DNA of 64,000 bases, from contig OZ024741.1 of the NCBI GenBank assembly GCA_964016885.1, forward strand, positions 283,340,001 through 283,404,000, in the 5' to 3' direction. The position numbers were made by a program, and so were the translations under genes. This document shows, one piece after another, positions 40,765 to 54,206 of the stretch. This stretch comes from Eledone cirrhosa. Lineage: Eukaryota. Within the stretch, counting starts at the first letter, position 1; every line of letters begins with the position of its first letter. The notes below the pieces were generated by a model that was not told the DNA's origin, did not search any database, and saw only the letters and a program-made list of their open reading frames with translations.

Positions 40765-41041
40765 CAAAAATCCCAAATGATTCACTTCTGCCCTCACAAA
40801 TGAGCCTTTATTCTATGAAGCAGCTTGAAAAATAATTCCAGGGAGAATTATGGAATTGCCTCCCTTAGTAATGAAAGGAAATCTGAACAGAGTTGTCTCT
40901 ACTATACCTATTAACACTTCTGTTACCAAACTGCCTGAAGCCACACTTAGTTCAATGTTACAAAACTTCATTGTGAAATGTTTATATTTATCTAAAAACT
41001 TCCCATCATCAATGTTTTTGTAAGAACACATACATATATAA

Positions 41042-41378
41042 AGGCATATGGCTTAGTGGTTAGAGCATTGGGCTTGCAATCAGGAGGTTGTGAGTTTGAT
41101 TCTCGAACTGGGTGATGCGTTTCGTCCTTGAGCAAGACACTTTATTTCATGTCACTTCTACCTGGAGTTGCAACTGGTATATAGTTGTGACATCACTGGT
41201 GTCAAGTTGTATTGGCCATTGCCATTCCATTGGACAACATCGTTGGCATGGAGGAGGGAGACTGGTATGCATGGACAACTGCTGGTCTTCCACAAACAAC
41301 CTTGCCCAGACTTGTGCTTCAGAGGAGAACTTTCTAGGTGCAAATCCCATGGTCATTTGTGATTGAAGGGGGTCTTTA
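41042..41378 (+). mobile_element. full-length tRNA-derived SINE
   Basis: A and B boxes, CORE-like segment, tail matching 9368-9580. Confidence 0.82.
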
Positions 41379-41379
41379 T

Positions 41380-41665
41380 TCATCATCATCATCATCACCA
41401 TTTTACGTCCGTTCTTCCACGCTAGCATGGGTTAGACGGGTTGTCCTGTTGTGGGCAGTGTCTGGTCGGCTGACCATGCCTTGCTCATACAGGAACTGAT
41501 TTGGCTTGATTTCTACAGCTGGATGCCCTTCCTAACACCAACCTCATTTACAGTGAGTGCTGGGTGCTTTTTTGTGGCGCCTACACGTCCACTTTACAGT
41601 GTGGGCTGGGTGCTTTTTTGTCGTGGCACCTCCACGACCACCTTGCGGTGGGGGGGGGGGGGGCA
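41380..41665 (-). mobile_element. RTE 3' UTR
   Basis: reverse complement of 10860-11143. Confidence 0.85.
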
Positions 41666-42239
41666 GATTATATATACATAAATATATATAAGACATGCAT
41701 AACTTTATCTAACTTGTGTATAGTTAATATACACTCTCTATCTTCAGACAATAAGAAAAGCAAGAGTAGTAAAATATATATCAACACATTCAGAGATTCC
41801 AAGGAAAACAAGAAAGCTGTTCTAGAATTTCATTGAGAATATTTACTTACATATCTGCTTATCTACCTATCTCTAGCAACCTATCTATCTATTCAACAAT
41901 CTATCTGTCTACAAACATATATACCAATCCATCTATCTACTTATTTTCCTGTATATATCCATCTATCTACCTAAACACCCATCCATCTATTTATCATCAT
42001 CATCATCATCATTATGTATGTACATACCCAATCATCCATTTGCTTGCCTGCCTGCCTGCCCGACTGTATATATATATATTTGTAAATAACATGCAAAGAC
42101 GTAGTCAAGTTCTGGCCCCAACCAAACAATTTCTCATTACGAGACACACCAAAAATAGATGCGGCAGCACCCAATATTTTTGTTCTTTTCTCTTCCTTCT
42201 TTATGTATTACATTGATGTCATCTGCTTGTTTGACTTGT

Positions 42240-42460
42240 AGGTGGTGGTTGTGGTGGTGGCAATGGTGGTGGTTGTGGTGGTGGCAATGGTGGTGGCTGT
42301 AGTGGTGGTGATTGTGGTGAAGTTGGTGCTACTGCTGCTGGCAGTGGTAGTGGTGGTGATACTGCTACTGGTAGTGGTGGTTGTGGTGGTGGCAGTAGTG
42401 GTAGTGCTTGTGGTGGAGGTACTGGTAGTGGTAGCAGTGATAGTAACAGTAGTAGAGTGT
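42240..42460. repeat. (GGT/GTA)n tract
   Basis: direct inspection. Confidence 0.85.
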
Positions 42461-43169
42461 GTAGCAGGAATATTTCAATTGTTTCTGTTAGTTACATACA
42501 ATAAATGCCTTATGGTATTCAGTTACGTCCTTTTACCTTCTGAGTTCAAATCCTACTCGGGTCAACTTAGTCCTCCTATAGAATGGAGAAATGAGAGGTA
42601 CACCATGTGTGTATATCTAGAGAATCTTGCAAAACTTGGCACAAAATATCACAAGATTCCCATACTTTCCTACAATGATGAACAAAAAGGAAAACTTTGC
42701 AGAAACCTTTTGCTGAACACCAGATGCTCACAGAAAAAGCTCAGATCCTGAGAGAAATTATCTTCCAAATGAGAGGACCAATATTTAACTCTATAATTAC
42801 AATATTTTTGTTGAAAAACACTGCTTGTGATTTACAAGTAATTTTGAAAATAATCAAAAATTTGGAAGGATTTTGTAATATAAAAAAGTCTATATCAACC
42901 CCAGACACTCTACAGGCCAGTACATATCTCAGTTTCCTTGGCATTAAGTGATTAAGAATACAAAACTTCCCCCTGGACAAAATGCCAATCCATCACAGGG
43001 TTAACCAGGTACCTCCGGTACTCATTTTTGTGTATACTGGAGCAATGTGCAATGAAGCGTTTTGCTCAAGAACACAACATAACCCAGTCCAAGAATTGAA
43101 CCTATGATATTATGATGATAAGTCACATGACTAAGCCACATGACTTTACATTTAGTTATATTTCTTTTT

Positions 43170-43530
43170 CTTCTCCCACTTATTCCTGGGAGGATCATGG
43201 GGAAGAGTCCTCAAGCATTTCTTCTAGCAGCAGGAACTGTCTCCAAGATTAGCCAAGCTTATGGAAGTTATCCAACCATCTTGCTCAGGGTCTATGCCTG
43301 GTTCTCCTGCCAATTGGTTTTGCCTGTAAAATCTGTCCAGTGATTCTTTCCTGAGACATTCTACCCACATGCTCATAGTATCGGAGCTGTGATACCTCAA
43401 TTTGGAGAAGTAGCAGCTCTACCTGGAGTGACTCTCTGATCTCCAAGCTACGCACTCTGTGGAGTAATGTTACCTCAAAGACCCTTCGAAGGAACTCCAT
43501 TTTGGCTGCTTGTATTTGCAATTCTTTCAG
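43170..43530 (-). mobile_element. Rex3/Expander-like RTE C-terminal fragment
   Basis: IQAAKMEFLRRV..RVRSLEIRESLQVE..SQLRYYEHVGRM..GRR. Confidence 0.75.
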
Positions 43531-43539
43531 TTATTACCC

Positions 43540-43708
43540 AAGATAATTAACTTTTAATTATTAAGCTATTATTTAGAACATAACTTAAAGGTTCATAAAA
43601 TTATGATACGTTTTTTTTTTTTTAGAATAATATAAACACTTTAAAATAAACAATTTCTATCACAAAACCAAGGGCAGTTTAAGGTGGTTTGGTATCAAAA
43701 GGGTTAAT
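43540..43708 (+). mobile_element. piggyBac-like MITE right half
   Basis: ends GGTATCAAAAGGGTTAA. Confidence 0.55.
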
Positions 43709-44468
43709 TATTCATTTCAGTAATTGAAACTTTCATTTATAATTGGAAAAAAAAAAAAATGGTTTCTGTTGGTTTTCTAAATTTTGTTATGTAACTAATT
43801 TATAGAATTGTCATAATATGACACACACATATGCATAAACAGATACATATACACACACTCATCCAAACATACACACATATACACAAACATACATTCGTAT
43901 TAACATATATACACAAACATTGTATATTGTTTGTCATAACATGTCAGTCAATATAGAATGTTCCAGCAAAAATATTAATTAATTAATTGCAATTAAGCAT
44001 ATATTTTGTTGATTTTTTTGTTCCTGTGTATGTGTATGTGAGTGTGTGAATGAATGTGTATTTCTGTGCACAAACATATGTATATGTCTGTATATTGATG
44101 TGTATATGTGTGTGTGTGTATATATATATGGGGAGATGGCATGAATATATATTTGTGTATGTGTCCTGTATATATTTGTGTGTGGGTGTGTGGGTATGAG
44201 TGTGTACATTTGTGTGTGTATCCAATGCATGTACATATATGTGAGTGACTATAAGCGTGTTTGAGCACATCTGCATATGTATCTGTCTGTGTATATGTAT
44301 ATGTATGTGTGCATCTATGTATAAGTGTGCATTCACATGTGTGTTCATCCATGTGTATTTGTACATCAGTGTGTGTGTGTGTAATCCTTAAGTGTGTGCA
44401 TCAGCTGTGTGTGTGTGTGCGTGTGTGTGCGTGTGCGTGTGCATGTCATCCTTGAGTGTGTGCACCAG

Positions 44469-44507
<39 letters not shown>

Positions 44508-45104
44508 TGTCTACATATACATACTACTTCCACTTATGATTAAACTGAACCAAACATATACAAATATTGTTTTATTGTTTAACATTGAATAAAACTTTGC
44601 TGATGACTCAAAACATGTGAGTGTGTGTCAGTACACATGTGTCTGTGTGTGTATATATTTCTATGAATGTGTGTGTGCTTGTGTTTCTGTAAATGCGTAT
44701 GTGTGTATATGTCAGTATGTGTGTGTGTATGTTTGTGTTTCTGTGAATGTGTGTGTGTTTGTGTTTTTGTGTATGTGTGTATGTGTCTTTTTTATTTCTG
44801 TGTGCAAGTGACTGAGCATTCCACAGACATGTGTACACCTAATATATTTATTTGGGAGATTTAGCATGACTGTGTGACAAGATCAGTCCTAATTTCTTTT
44901 CCAACTGAAAGGACTGGAGCAATGTAAAATAAAGAATACAATGCACCACTGAGAATTGAATTCATGGCTTTATGATTTTGAGCTGAACACCCTAGCCCCT
45001 AAGTCACATGACTTCATACATACACATACATATATATACCTCATATTTACACACACACACACACACACACTTATGTACATATTCATAAATACACACACAC
45101 ACAT

Positions 45105-46140
45105 ATTCGGTGCCACCTCTCTCCCGCATGAACAGCTCGACTCCTTTCTTTCCTTCATCTAGTCTTTTCATCCTGTCCTCATCTTCACCACCTCCGTCTC
45201 TGACTCTTCCATCCAATTTCTTGACTTCTCTCTCTCTATCAACCACACTCACCACACCCTCTCTATCTCCATCATCTATAAACCCACTGACTCCCACTCC
45301 TACCTCGAATTGACCGCCTTCCTCCCTAACCACACCAAACTCTCCATACCCTGCTCACAATTTCACCATCTTTGTTGGCTCTGTAGCCAGGACCATGATT
45401 TCAAAGCCTAATTCATCCAGCATTGATTTCGCCCCACCTTGATCCAAGTTGCCCTCACACGCATTTGTGAACTAACCATACCACAGCCCTCTCAACCCTC
45501 AACCACCTCCCACTTTTTACCACTTCCTTTACCCCCATCACCTACCACTCCACCACCCTATCTATCCAGCGCCTTATCCTCCTTTGGTTATGCACCCTCT
45601 TTTCCGACCCCATCACCGTTCACTTCTTTCCCAACCCACCCATCACTGCTTTTAAGCTATGCCCATAATCTCTGCATCTTCCTGGTATGCAATTCCTTTC
45701 TTTTCTCTCATAGGACTCCACATGGCTCCTATCCCTGTTCTTACCCCTACTATAACACCTGTCCCTTCATTTCTAACCTAACTACTCTCACATGTACTAA
45801 CTACTCTCATTCCGTATCCACCACTCCTTCACCTGTACACCCGCGTTATCTATGCTTTAGGTGTTCCCTTTGCAGGTCCATAAACATACACACATCGGAC
45901 AAACAGGTCACCATTTGGTGGACCATTTCACTGAACACTGGGGAGGGGACATACGACTTAGCAGGGATAACCCTGTTACCTATTACTTCCATTCCCCAGG
46001 CCACTCCTCTCTACATGTTTCAGTACTAGGTTTTCTTTTGCATCACAGATCGCTGGCCTCCTGCACCAGAACTGAACAGAATTTGATTTTCTGCCTTAGG
46101 CCCAGTTTCCCTAATGGACTCAACTCCCATCTCCAATGTC
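45105..46140 (+). mobile_element. decayed Penelope-like element (RT thumb plus GIY-YIG)
   Basis: IQFLD..YKPTDSHSYL..NHTKLSIPCSQF..CS; CSLC..IGQTGHHLVDHFTEH; PNGLN. Confidence 0.75.
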
Positions 46141-46704
46141 TTTTAATCTACATTTACTCTTGCAACATACACACGTGCTTGCTTCTACACCCCTACTTCA
46201 TTTGTTGTCACATACACACGTACATTCACCCCAAGGTTGTTATGGCCCTGTTACAGTCAGAAACACACATCCTTAGAGCTTTCTACAGACCAACAACAAA
46301 CGTATACACACCTCTACACTTACAGCTCTGGACAGACCAGCACACATACATTCTGTAATTTATTCACACATATATCCTCATTGCTTCATATAGACATTCA
46401 ACAAACACACACACTCTCTCTCTCTTAAATTTATATATACACACACATATCCTCAACACACACACCTCCATATCCACTCTATATACAAAAGGAGTTTTTT
46501 TCCTTTTCAGCATGATACAGATTGCTTTTTATCACAGCCTTTTAAAAAACGACCAACTGAACTTCTTATCCCAATGCCGAATTCAACAGTTTTCCAAGAG
46601 ATGGCAACCTGAACAGATCTGCTTTTTTTCCAAGAAATTTCTTTTCGTTTCTGCCACTGCTCACTCTCTTCTATCTTTCTATTTCTTCAATATTTGCTCA
46701 TTCT

Positions 46705-46744
46705 ATTTTCTGATGAAGGACTAGTAGCCGAAATGTTAAGACTC
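46705..46744 (+). ncRNA. degenerate PLE-type hammerhead motif
   Basis: CTGATGA-AGGACTAGTAGCC-GAAA-TGTTA, downstream of the PLE coding remnant. Confidence 0.5.
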
Positions 46745-46889
46745 TTTCATACTATATCAAGCATAAAACTAATATATTTCTCCATTGTACTGTGTCGTTT
46801 GCTTTGTTATTTTGTTATTTTTGTTTACTATTTGCATATAATATATATATATATATATATTGGCAGTGGCACTAAGATATCATTAAGTG

Positions 46890-47078
46890 TGTTTGTGACA
46901 CTGTAAATATGGTTGGCATTAAGAAGGACATCCAGCTATAGAAACCAAGCCAAAATCAGTCTCGAATAAACAAGACATGGTCATCTGATCTGGCTTGTCT
47001 CACAACAGGACATCTTGTCTAACCCATGCTAATGAAGAAAAATAGACATTAAACAGTGATGATGATGATGATGATGAT
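46890..47078 (+). mobile_element. RTE 3' tail
   Basis: GGTTGGCATTAAGAAGGACATCCAGC..AACCCATGCTA..(GAT)n. Confidence 0.7.
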
Positions 47079-47789
47079 ACACTATTTTGTGTGCCACTCT
47101 ACCAATTCAGCCAATCCACCACCATTTTATTACAAAACTATTAACTCTTAACATCCTGAAATGATTTAGCAGAAAAATATCTGAAGACAGGTTTGTTAAT
47201 TCAAATACTTATAACTTTACTAGCAGACAGTGTTGTGAAAATTTGTAGTAAACTAAAGTAGAGGTTTCAAATTTAATGTGATGCTGTAAAAATGATGTTT
47301 TGTGCTTTTCAAGAATGTTTGGCTAATGTGGTTTCATGTGGTATAGGACATTTAGCTGACTAATTAAACAAATTCAAATTCTTTACAAAGAAGCTGATTG
47401 GACAGATATTGTTTATTGATTCTTTAAAGACAATCAAAATATGGAGATAGTGCTATAATAAAAAAATATATCATTGATATTTTCTATAGACAATGGTAGA
47501 AATAGTCCCCAATTGTATAAGATACAGATGTTCATATTGACAATGATACAGGTAGACGTATTGTATAAAATAAGCAAGCAATATCTTTTATAAGGTACGG
47601 ATGTTCTCATAGACAATCATGGAGGTAGTGCTATTGCAGAAACCATCAATATCATCTAAAAATACAGTTATAATCAAAGACAGTCACCGACATATATTGT
47701 ATAAAATAAACCATTAGTATCTTTTATAAGATATCAATATTTTCATAGACAATCATGGAGGTAGTGCTATTATATATAATAAACCACCG

Positions 47790-48140
47790 GAATGTACTGG
47801 AACGAAGAATCTAGGATTTTTCTGCAGAAGTTTACTACACATCTCATACACAGAGCACAGAACAAACAGCTTTGTCAGACAGCAAGTTCCCAAATATGAT
47901 GGCAGGCAGGAACCACTCTTTGTAATAATAAAAAGACAAAAGCTTGTCTGGTATGGACATGTAATCATGTATTCTCACGTTATGATTCCCTGTCTGAAAC
48001 AATTCTCCAGAGCACAGTTGAAGATGAGAAGAAGAAGAGGTAGACGAAGAAAGTCTTGGTCTGACAACATCAAGGACTGGAAAGTCACAGCACTATAACC
48101 ATTTTGTGTGTGAAAGAGGAGAGAGACCAGTGGTGATTGT
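47790..48140 (+). mobile_element. RTE C-terminal fragment (different family)
   Basis: LLHISYTEHRTNSFV..IKRQKLVWYGHV..ILQSTVE..RKSWSDNIKDW. Confidence 0.7.
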
Positions 48141-48531
48141 TGATTACCAGAGCTGGTCTGACATCAACAACTATATACTATATTATATACGATATATTAT
48201 ACTTTCATGTATAAAAGACCAGTAGTGATGATTGCTGATTGCCAGAACATCTAGAGTGGCACCCCAATGACTAACTGAACTATTTATGGAAAGATGATAA
48301 TGGTGTACTATAGCTACAGATTATATTGTGCAGATATTGGAAACAAACAAAAAGCTAAAAATGGTAACAAAATTTATTGATTTATGTAGTATTAACAGTA
48401 ATAGTTACTTAAAATCAAATTCTTAAAATGTTTATATAACAGAATGTCATTGTTTTCTTTGTGCAAGGCAGGTTCCAAATAATCCTCAGTGATTGGTTAT
48501 TTTTTTAAATATCTAACCCTTCATTACCATA

Positions 48532-50586
48532 TCTATATATATATATAAAATAGCTTGTTTGTTTGTGGGTTTGTCTCCTATGCACTTAAAAACCAGTGGA
48601 CCAATAATGTTCAAACTTGGCATGTGAGTTCCTTAGACTCAGAAATAGGTTTTCCTCATACTTGGACTTATATTAATTTGTTTATATGCTTGTCTGTTTG
48701 TCAATCTGTGGTAACAATGGTCATCGTGAGTTATCATCTTCAATACGACGGAATGTGGTGGAAAATATAGAGAATGAAGAAGTGAGAATTTGAGAGAAAG
48801 TCAGCACACATGAAATTGAGTGGAGTGCTGAAAGCCAAAGATGGAACTAAGCAAGTATGAACAAAGAGAGAAAGAAACAGAAATAAAGAAAGTGAAGAAA
48901 GTGAGCGACACACATTCAACATAGTAGCCAACACTAAAGCAATAAATACACGCTTACTTCATTATTGAACGTCTCCCTCTCTCTACTGCATGAAAGGAGG
49001 TACGATTAAAACAAGTGAGCAACATGTGTTCAATCAACATAAAGCAACAACATACACCTGCTTTAATATCAAAATCCTCTCTCTCCTCGGCTGCAGCACA
49101 TTTTGTTATACATTTTTTTATGTCTTTTCCATGTGCATATGTCATATCTACTTCATATTTAGCCCATGAAAAAAATGACCTCCATACCATTTGAGGGCAG
49201 TGTGTTTGTATTTAAACATGTTAAAAGAAGTAACTCTAAGTCATGTTTCTAGTTGGCAGCAGTGGTGGCACAGTTGACGTCTCACTATCACCATGACTAC
49301 TCTTTGATTTATGGAAACACTACTAAAAATAGCATTTGTGAAACCTGTAATATTTTTTTGCCTATTCATTTCCAGTAGTTTTTAGTTGTTGTTTCCAGAA
49401 AAATAACTGAAAGTTAATGCAACAAGTCCTCCTTCAACGAAATTTGACTTGACTTGGATCCATCATTAACAGAAAAATATTTAATTTTTAGATAAATATT
49501 ATTGACATTAGAAGCTGCAAGCAAAAATTGCCCCTGCAGAATAGACCTTCATTTGGAAGAAAGTCTCATAAAGCTATGGCAAAGCAGCTACAAAGGGAGA
49601 ATTAAAATGAAGAGCAGCAACAAGAAACAGAAAAACAACAGCAAAATATTGGCAAAATGAATCAGAAGAACAAAGATCAAAAAGATTTGCTAATGATAGG
49701 GCAAGGAAAGCAACTTTTTGTCAAGAAGAATTAGATGTACAAAACTACAGCACAAAACAGAGGATGAATCAGATGCACAAAGACCATCAAGGATTCAACA
49801 ACAAAGAATAAGAAGTGCACAGAACAGACAGCATGAATCAGAGGAACAAAGATAAAAAAGGCTCACTGAAGATAGAGCAATGAAAGCATCTATTTTTCAA
49901 GAGGAATCAGATGTAAGAAAATCAAGACATTAAATGGAGAGAAATAGAGCAGCTGAAAGGCAGCATGAAGAAACTAAAGCTCAAATAACTCAAAGGCTAT
50001 GTGAACAGAGAGCAAGAACAGAAGATTTACGATTTAAAAAGGTCGATGAGTGGAACTTTACTGATTTTAGTTAGAATCCACATCAATACTATGCCTCAAA
50101 ACCTTTAATTCAAATTTCCTCAGTGAACAAAATTTGTCCAAATTGTGGTGTTAAAAAATGGATTGGTGCATCAACTGGATTGTGCTGTTTAAGTGAAAAG
50201 ATTAAGTTTACATGATTACCTGAACCCCCAGAACCCTTGAGGGGACTGCTGATTGGTACAACTACTGAATCAAAACATTTTCTTCAAAATTTCCAAAAGT
50301 ACAATAATGCATTCCAAATGACATCATTTGGTGCAAATGCCATCCATGGAGGTGGCTTTTATACTCCAAAATATTTACAACTGTATTTCATCAGTGGTAT
50401 GAAAACCCAAGCACAGAAAAGATATGAAAAGAATAAAGAAACAAAGTATAAAATGATATTGCAACTACAAGATATGATACATAGAAGAAGCAGCTATATT
50501 AGAAGTTTCAAATGTACCCTAGAAAACGCTTTGAATGAAATTTAACTATTTACTTTAACTTGAGCAACGCTGAGTACTTCTGCTAG
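48532..50586 (+). mobile_element. complete internally deleted Helitron
   Basis: A|TC start, CTAG|T end with hairpin remnant; charged repeats, CPNC..GLCC, FLQNFQKYNNAFQMTSFGA; splits a MITE without a TSD. Confidence 0.85.
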
Positions 50587-51046
50587 TTTCTAATAAAAGA
50601 CTAACTATGATTTTCAAATAATTGTAAAAATAATTAAGTATTTGGAGAGATTTAGTACTACAACTAACTTTCTCATTATCAATAAATTGGTATTTGGAAC
50701 ATAACTTAAAGGTTCAAACATAAAATTATGACCGGACGTTTTTAGATAAATATAAACCCTTTAAAACAAAGAGTTTTGAATCATAAAATAAGGCAGTTTT
50801 GTATCAAAAAGGTTAGATAAAAACGATTTTCCAAAATTTGAATAGAATTACACTTTTTTACTTTTTTAAGAGAAATATTCCTCAGTGTTGGCTTAAAATA
50901 AATGTTGTGTTGTGGCCCTTATGCCTATGTTTTATTGTATAACATGTGCATGAATATTCTATAGATTTTATTGAATGTTGGAAAAGTAAAAGATTTTGTC
51001 TTCATGACCTTTACAGAACTTGGGTGCCGATGCATAGGTTGGAAAC

Positions 51047-51740
51047 TACACCACACCACACCACCCTACACCACACAACACCATACCACACCACCCTACA
51101 CCATACCACACCACACCACCCTACACAACACCATACCATATCACCTACACCACACAACACCACAGCACACCATGAAACACAACACTACTCCACACTATCA
51201 CACACTACATTACACCACACCACACCATACCACACCATACCACACCACCCTACACAACACCATACCATATCACCTACACCACAGCACACCATGCAACACA
51301 ACACTACTCCACACTATCACACACTACACTACACCACACCACACCATACCACACTACTACTCCACACCACACTACACCACGCCACACTACACTACTCCAC
51401 ACCACACTACACCACACGACATCACTCAACACAACACTACTCCACACCACACTACACCACACGACATCACTCAACACAACACTACACCACACGACATCAC
51501 TCAACACAACACTACTCCACACTATCATACACTACATTACACCACACCACACTACACTACACCACACCACGCAATACAACACTACAGTACCACCCTACAC
51601 GACACTATATCATATCACGCTACACCACACAACACCACAGCACACCATGCAACACAACACTACTCCACACTATCACACTACATTACACCACACCATACCA
51701 TACTACACTACACAACTCCACACTACACTACACCACTGCA
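51047..51740. repeat. (ACCAC/ACTAC)n pentamer satellite with higher-order duplications
   Basis: direct inspection. Confidence 0.9.
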
Positions 51741-52039
51741 TTGTTCCACCATCTACACACTGTCACAGCCACCAACACCACTACAACAGCATTAGCCTCA
51801 ACTGTTGTGTGTAATGATGATGTTGTTGAGAATGATGATGATGGTGATAGAGATGGCATTTGTGATGGGGGCAATAGAGGTAGTAATGGTGGTTTTGGGG
51901 GGTGGTAAAGGTGGTATTAGTGGTGGTATTGGCTATCATGTTGGTGGTAGTAGTAGTGGGTTGGGGTGTAATTCAGAGCATTAGCTACATAGCTAGATTA
52001 GATCACCATAGTAACAATTGCCTATGACACGAAGCCTGG

Positions 52040-52249
52040 GAGAGAGATACACAGAGAGAGAAAGAGAGAGAGAGAAAGACAAAGAGAGAGATTGGAGAGT
52101 GTGTGTGTATAAGAGAGAATGAAAGAAAGTATGTGACAGAGAGAGGAGACAATGTATGTGTGTGTGTGAGACCTAGAGTGGTGAGACAGAGAAAGAGTAA
52201 GAAAAAGAGAGATAGGAGAGTGTGTGTAAGAGAGAGAGAAAGAAAAGAG

Positions 52250-52294
<45 letters not shown>

Positions 52295-52499
52295 GTGTGT
52301 ATAAGAAAGAGAAAAGTGTATGAGAGAGAGAAAAGAAGTGATGTATGTGTGTAAGAGAGAAAAGAGTGTATATGAGAGAGAGAGAGAGGGGGGGGGAGAG
52401 AGAAAAGAAGTGGTGTGTGTGTGTGTAAGATAGAGAGACCGAAGTGTGTATGGAAGAGAGAGAAAAGAGTGTATATGAGAGAGAGAGAGAGAGAGAAGT

Positions 52500-52534
<35 letters not shown>

Positions 52535-52540
52535 TAGAGA
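52040..52540. repeat. GA/GT compound low-complexity tract
   Basis: direct inspection. Confidence 0.85.
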
Positions 52541-52734
52541 GATGTTTGTATGGGAGAGGCAGGCAGTTTGATGAGAAGGTGGAATGATATCTTTAGAAAG
52601 TGAGGTGATGCTTTTTTATTGATGAGGAAATGGTTGGAAATCGAAGATATTATGTCTAAGTGTGTTGTGGTAAATATACAAAATATATATAAGTAATGGG
52701 TGTGAACGGGTGAGACACACAAATAGACTAATCA

Positions 52735-52785
<51 letters not shown>

Positions 52786-52793
52786 TATACATA

Positions 52794-52825
<32 letters not shown>

Positions 52826-52947
52826 AGTATATATATATATATAAATATATATAGATAGATAGATAGAGAAAAAGAGAGAGAGAGAGAGAGAGGGGTGGTG
52901 ATAGTGGTATTAGAGGTGGTAGTGTTAATATATATATATATATATAA

Positions 52948-53500
52948 TCATCATCATCATCATTGTTTAATGTCTCTCTTCCATGCTTACTTGGGTTAGA
53001 TAGGTTATCATGCTCTGCGGCTAGACAGGTCAGGCAACCACGTCCTGCTCATATGTTCCATTTTTTTTGGCTTGGTTGCTCTTCCTAATGTTAATTACTT
53101 AACAGCATGGATTGGGAGCATTTTTCATGGCACCAACACAAACACCTTAGAGAGTGGACTGGATTCTTTTAGGCATGGTGACAACACTATCATGTTACAA
53201 GACAGACTGGGTGTTTTTTTGTCATGATACTAACACTACCATCTTTGTAGGGTGGGTAGGGTGCTTTTGTTGCAGCACCAACACTACCACCTTACAGAGT
53301 GGGCTGGGTGTTTTCTCTCATGACACCAGCCAACCACTTCACAGAGTGATACCAACACAACATCATTATGCCATTTAGGTGCTTTTGGTATCTTTGTCCA
53401 CACATGGAGCAGGGTTGGAGGCAAGCTACATGTTATTGTCAGTGAAGTAGACAGGGAAGGTGAGTTGGGGATGTGACTCATAGGGGGTAGGGAGGGATGG
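52948..53500 (-). mobile_element. old RTE 3' UTR remnant
   Basis: (CAT)n TTGTTTAATGTC..CCATGC..CTTCCTAATG. Confidence 0.5.
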
Positions 53501-53575
53501 AGCACATCATCATGATCATCATTAGCGTCTATTTTTGAGTGTGAGTAGACTGGTCAGGTGACCACATCAAACACA

Positions 53576-54206
53576 TACGAGGAGAGGAGCGTTAAAAAAA
53601 TATATGGCAATTTTTTCTTGCATGATCAAAATCCTTGGATGGGAGGTGAGGCACTCTTGCATCAGTTCCATACTGTTAAGTCTAAAGAACAGATGTGTGG
53701 TGCATGCTCTTTAGATTTTCGTTTTCGTGCAAATACCTTTGGATGGGAGGTGAAGCACTCTTCTTTCATCAGTTCCATACTGTTAAGTCTAAAGAACAGA
53801 TGTGTGGTGTATGCTCTTTAGATTTTCGTTTTTTCGCAAGATAACCAAATGCATCGAGCTGAGATACTGCAGCAAGTTTTGCTAAAAGCTTGGTGATACT
53901 CAAGCTCAAACCATCCAGAAGATTAAGCAGGCTTTTGGTGATGATGCATGGGCAAAACGCAGATCAAGGAGTGCTACATCCACTTCAAATATGGCCGCAC
54001 CTCATTGGAGGATGAGGCACACTCAGGCAGTCCATCCACAAGCTGAAACAGGGGGCCGATTGAGAAGGTTTGGCAAATAATCATGGAAGACCCTCGTGTA
54101 ACAATACAGGAAATTGCTCACAAAGTGGAAATAAGCACAGGATCAGTGCATTCTACTTTAATGGAGGATTTGTGCATGTGGAGAGTGTTGGTGAAATTCA
54201 TCCCCA
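53576..54206 (+). mobile_element. mariner-type transposon 5' remnant
   Basis: TA-CGAGG TIR-like start; KLGDTQAQT..QAFGDDA..FKYGRTSLEDEAHSG..DPRVTIQEIA..ISTGSVH..KFIP. Confidence 0.8.

Noticed and set aside
40813-41031. Possible host exon
   Set aside because: Short ORF with no recognisable domain or convincing splice sites.
42242-42751. Val-rich membrane-like ORF (also 39239-39535)
   Set aside because: It comes from (GGT)n low complexity running into a SINE or unique sequence.
50946-51908. His/Thr-rich 320-aa ORF
   Set aside because: It is a pentamer satellite translation.
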